From Patescibacteria group bacterium (GTDB taxonomy: Bacteria; Patescibacteriota; Minisyncoccia; Phycocordibacterales; GCA-2747955), in contig JBLYPV010000001.1 of the NCBI GenBank assembly GCA_048538215.1, positions 75,495 to 139,494 on the forward strand: a stretch of DNA of 64,000 nt. Direction: 5' to 3'. The notes under the pieces were generated by a model. That model did no database searches. It worked only from the letters and a program-made list of their open reading frames with translations, and was not told where the DNA came from. Both the position numbers and the translations under genes were made by a program. Positions 61,489 to 64,000 of this stretch are shown piece by piece. Numbering within the stretch: the stretch's first letter is position 1; every line of letters starts with the position of its first letter.

Positions 61489-62640
61489 ATGAATTTTGAA
61501 CAAAAATCAATAGAATTACACGCTATACACAAAGGCAAATTAGAAGTATCATCACGCATAGCGATAGACAATATTACACAATTAAGCATCGCATATAGTC
61601 CAGGCGTGGCAGGGCCATGTAGAGAAATTGAAGCCGACCAGTCTCGCTACGCCGAGCTTACCTCCGCAGGTAATACCGTGGCAATTATTTCAGATGGATC
61701 TGCTGTCTTGGGGCTTGGAAATATAGGTGCCAAGCCATCGATGCCGGTAATGGAAGGAAAGGCAGTGCTGATGAAAGAATTTGCAGGCCTAAATAGCTTT
61801 CCAATCGTGCTTGATACCCAAGATACCGAAGAAATTATTAGCACGATCAAGCATATCGCCCCATCATTTGCGGCTATTAATATTGAAGATATTAGTGCCC
61901 CCCGTTGTTTTGAAATTGAAGAAAGGCTTAAAAAAGAATTAGATATCCCCGTAATGCATGATGATCAGCATGGGACGGCTATTGTAGTATTAGCTGGTAT
62001 AATTAATGCACTCAAGGTGACAAATCGTGATGATATTGCTGATGTAAAAATAGTGATCAATGGGGCAGGGGCAGCAGGGATAGCTATTTGCAAACTTCTA
62101 CTCACATACGGGGCAAAAAATATCATAGTTTGCGATTCCCAGGGTATCATTTCTCCAGACAGAACCAATCTACACAGTAGTAAGAAAGAGCTTTTGCTCA
62201 ACACTAATGTAAATAAACAAACAGGCACCTTGATCGACGCTCTGAATGATGCTGATATTTTTATTGGGGTATCAAAGGCACATATTCTTGGAGAGCAAGA
62301 AATTAAGGTAATGAAGCCTGAGCCAATCGTTTTTGCGTTAGCGAATCCCATTCCTGAGATTGACCCAGCGCAAGCTCATCTATATGGCGTTGCTGTTCTC
62401 GCTACTGGACGATCAGATTTGCCAAATCAGGTGAACAATGTCCTTGCTTTTCCAGGTATTTTTAAGGGAGCTATCAAGGCAGGAGTTCGTGATATAGATG
62501 ATAAAATAAAAATACGATCAGCAGAAGCTATTGCTGGCTTAGTAGATTCTCCACAGTCTAGTCAAATCATACCTGATATTTTTGACAGGAGAGTTACGGA
62601 GGAAGTGGCACGAGCTGTGGAGGACTCAGTCTCAGACTAG
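61489..62640 (+). CDS. NAD(P)-dependent malic enzyme
   Basis: AYSPGVA, PVMEGK, EDISAPRCF, HDDQHGT, GAGAAG, NQVNN. Confidence 0.93.
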   Translation: MNFEQKSIELHAIHKGKLEVSSRIAIDNITQLSIAYSPGVAGPCREIEADQSRYAELTSAGNTVAIISDGSAVLGLGNIGAKPSMPVMEGKAVLMKEFAGLNSFPIVLDTQDTEEIISTIKHIAPSFAAINIEDISAPRCFEIEERLKKELDIPVMHDDQHGTAIVVLAGIINALKVTNRDDIADVKIVINGAGAAGIAICKLLLTYGAKNIIVCDSQGIISPDRTNLHSSKKELLLNTNVNKQTGTLIDALNDADIFIGVSKAHILGEQEIKVMKPEPIVFALANPIPEIDPAQAHLYGVAVLATGRSDLPNQVNNVLAFPGIFKGAIKAGVRDIDDKIKIRSAEAIAGLVDSPQSSQIIPDIFDRRVTEEVARAVEDSVSD

Positions 62641-62717
62641 TTGGCTTTACTGATGAGTAAGACAAAAAAGAGTATATCCTCTTTTCTTTTTGTCTTAGAT
62701 TTTGTTATATTGGAGGG

Positions 62718-62960
62718 ATGACTAACGAAAGTTTTAAGAATAATAATGAAATTTCTAAGGAAAAACATGCCTACTCTCTCAATGATTTAGAGCAGTATGG
62801 TCAAATGATATTTAATAATCTAGCTCCAACGGGTGCACTTGATGAAGAATGGGGCCACATAAATGGATATCTAGCACAAGCAAGACGAAACATTATTTCT
62901 CCTCAAGAAGCTCGAGAGCGTATTGATACGTATTTGAAAAAAAGAAGTAGCTATCACTAA
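62718..62960 (+). CDS. Hypothetical protein
   Basis: 80-aa ORF with GGAGG upstream. Confidence 0.55.
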   Translation: MTNESFKNNNEISKEKHAYSLNDLEQYGQMIFNNLAPTGALDEEWGHINGYLAQARRNIISPQEARERIDTYLKKRSSYH

Positions 62961-62999
62961 ACTTGCTAATTCGTAGAATGTACTGTATAAAGCAGGTAA

Positions 63000-63578
63000 T
63001 TGAAACTTAAAGCGATGGTGGCGCTAATGACCCAAAAAGATATGTTCCCTGGGTATGACCTTGGCTTGAGTATGGATGCGGTGATCGATCCACAAGACAC
63101 TGGTGACGAGTGGTCTCTATGGCGAGTATGGCAACATAAGGGCTTTGCAGGCATCACCGATATAGATGCCCTCGCTTTGCGTCAATGGCTTATGATGCCG
63201 AATTGTCCTCTCGGCCAAGACAGTAAGGATCATTATCTCGATTCCTATGCCTGGGAAGCTCTCAATAGAGAGCGGATGCTTATGATTAATCAGTTTTTCC
63301 GCTTGCATACGACCGTGTGGGGTATCCGATTGGCAATTCGCAAGAATCCAAATATTCGACTCGTACATCTGGGCGAGCGGGAATTTGGAAAAGTGATTGG
63401 TAGTAAGCCACAGAAATTGCTCCGACCGAGTGATGGCAAAGCTATCTGGACCAAGCAATTACTGCCACAGCGGGCATTCCGTGGCTGTTTGTACAGCTGC
63501 CTCAATGATGTACGCAAGAAAGGAGGAGTCGGCTATCTCTTGGGACGTGCAGAACAACTCAATATGAAATGGCACTAG
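63000..63578 (+). CDS. Hypothetical orphan protein
   Basis: 192-aa ORF (start may be ATG 63015) followed by a GC hairpin. Confidence 0.55.
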   Translation: MKLKAMVALMTQKDMFPGYDLGLSMDAVIDPQDTGDEWSLWRVWQHKGFAGITDIDALALRQWLMMPNCPLGQDSKDHYLDSYAWEALNRERMLMINQFFRLHTTVWGIRLAIRKNPNIRLVHLGEREFGKVIGSKPQKLLRPSDGKAIWTKQLLPQRAFRGCLYSCLNDVRKKGGVGYLLGRAEQLNMKWH

Positions 63579-63635
63579 CAAAGGAATCATGGGCTGCGCT
63601 TACGCGCGGCCCTGTTACTTTGCTATAATCAATCT

Positions 63636-63914
63636 ATGCAGACAAATAAAAAAAGCAAACAATTAATATATGTAGTACTGTTCTTGTTTGGGGCCTTTAT
63701 TTTTGGCGTATTTCTCTATTTTATAGTGCTATGGGCGAGCTTTGATTATCAAGCTAATTTTATAAAACAAGAGCGATGTATTCAATCTGGAGGCGTATGG
63801 TCTATTAGTGATAATCGTTGCTGGTATGCAGGCCAATGTGAAGACTTAGGAGGATTTTGGTATCCGATAGAGAAGCGCTGTGTATATGATGTAGATACAA
63901 TCAAGCTAAAGTAG
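63636..63914 (+). CDS. Small membrane-anchored protein with repeated C-x3-GG-x-W motif
   Basis: TM followed by CIQSGGVW...CEDLGGFW. Confidence 0.6.
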   Translation: MQTNKKSKQLIYVVLFLFGAFIFGVFLYFIVLWASFDYQANFIKQERCIQSGGVWSISDNRCWYAGQCEDLGGFWYPIEKRCVYDVDTIKLK

Positions 63915-63934
63915 GTATGCTATAATTTGTGCCT

Positions 63935-64000
63935 ATGACAGAAGTAATTACTCGCTTTCCACCTTCTCCAACTGGAGAAATTCACATTGGAAATATTCGT
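63935..64000 (+). CDS. gltX: Glutamate-tRNA ligase (5' fragment)
   Basis: MTEVITRFPPSPTGEIHIGNIR. Confidence 0.88.
   Translation, partial: MTEVITRFPPSPTGEIHIGNIR

Overview
Compact, AT-rich bacterial chromosome segment using the standard code (TGA is a stop). Gene content suggests Patescibacteria/CPR, probably Parcubacteria (inference): short AtpH/AtpC, Fe-S-less MutY, a sigma70-r4/HARE-HTH protein, PilC, and many genes with a -10 box just upstream of the ATG. It carries a copper-resistance cluster, a LexA/UmuD-like plus Pol IV pair with a visible operator, a split atp operon, translation genes, 12 tRNAs and a small foreign island next to tRNA-Thr(TGT). The most unusual signal is in the 21.7-22.4 kb tRNA cluster. 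Two different tRNA genes (initiator Met and Asp) are each preceded by an exact duplicate of their own leader plus 5' tRNA fragment, with periods of 99 and 98 bp. In both cases the fragment runs into a shared ~50-nt motif (CTCmAGGTrAGAAT..AGCGA..N..GC..GGrTATCwCsTAAAACT). Other highlights: a REP-like palindrome found both between genes and inside two protein-coding genes, a candidate ~70-nt stand-alone sRNA after atpG, and a structured 125-bp element at the 3' end of tRNA-Val. No database searches were run; all family names come from motif recognition.
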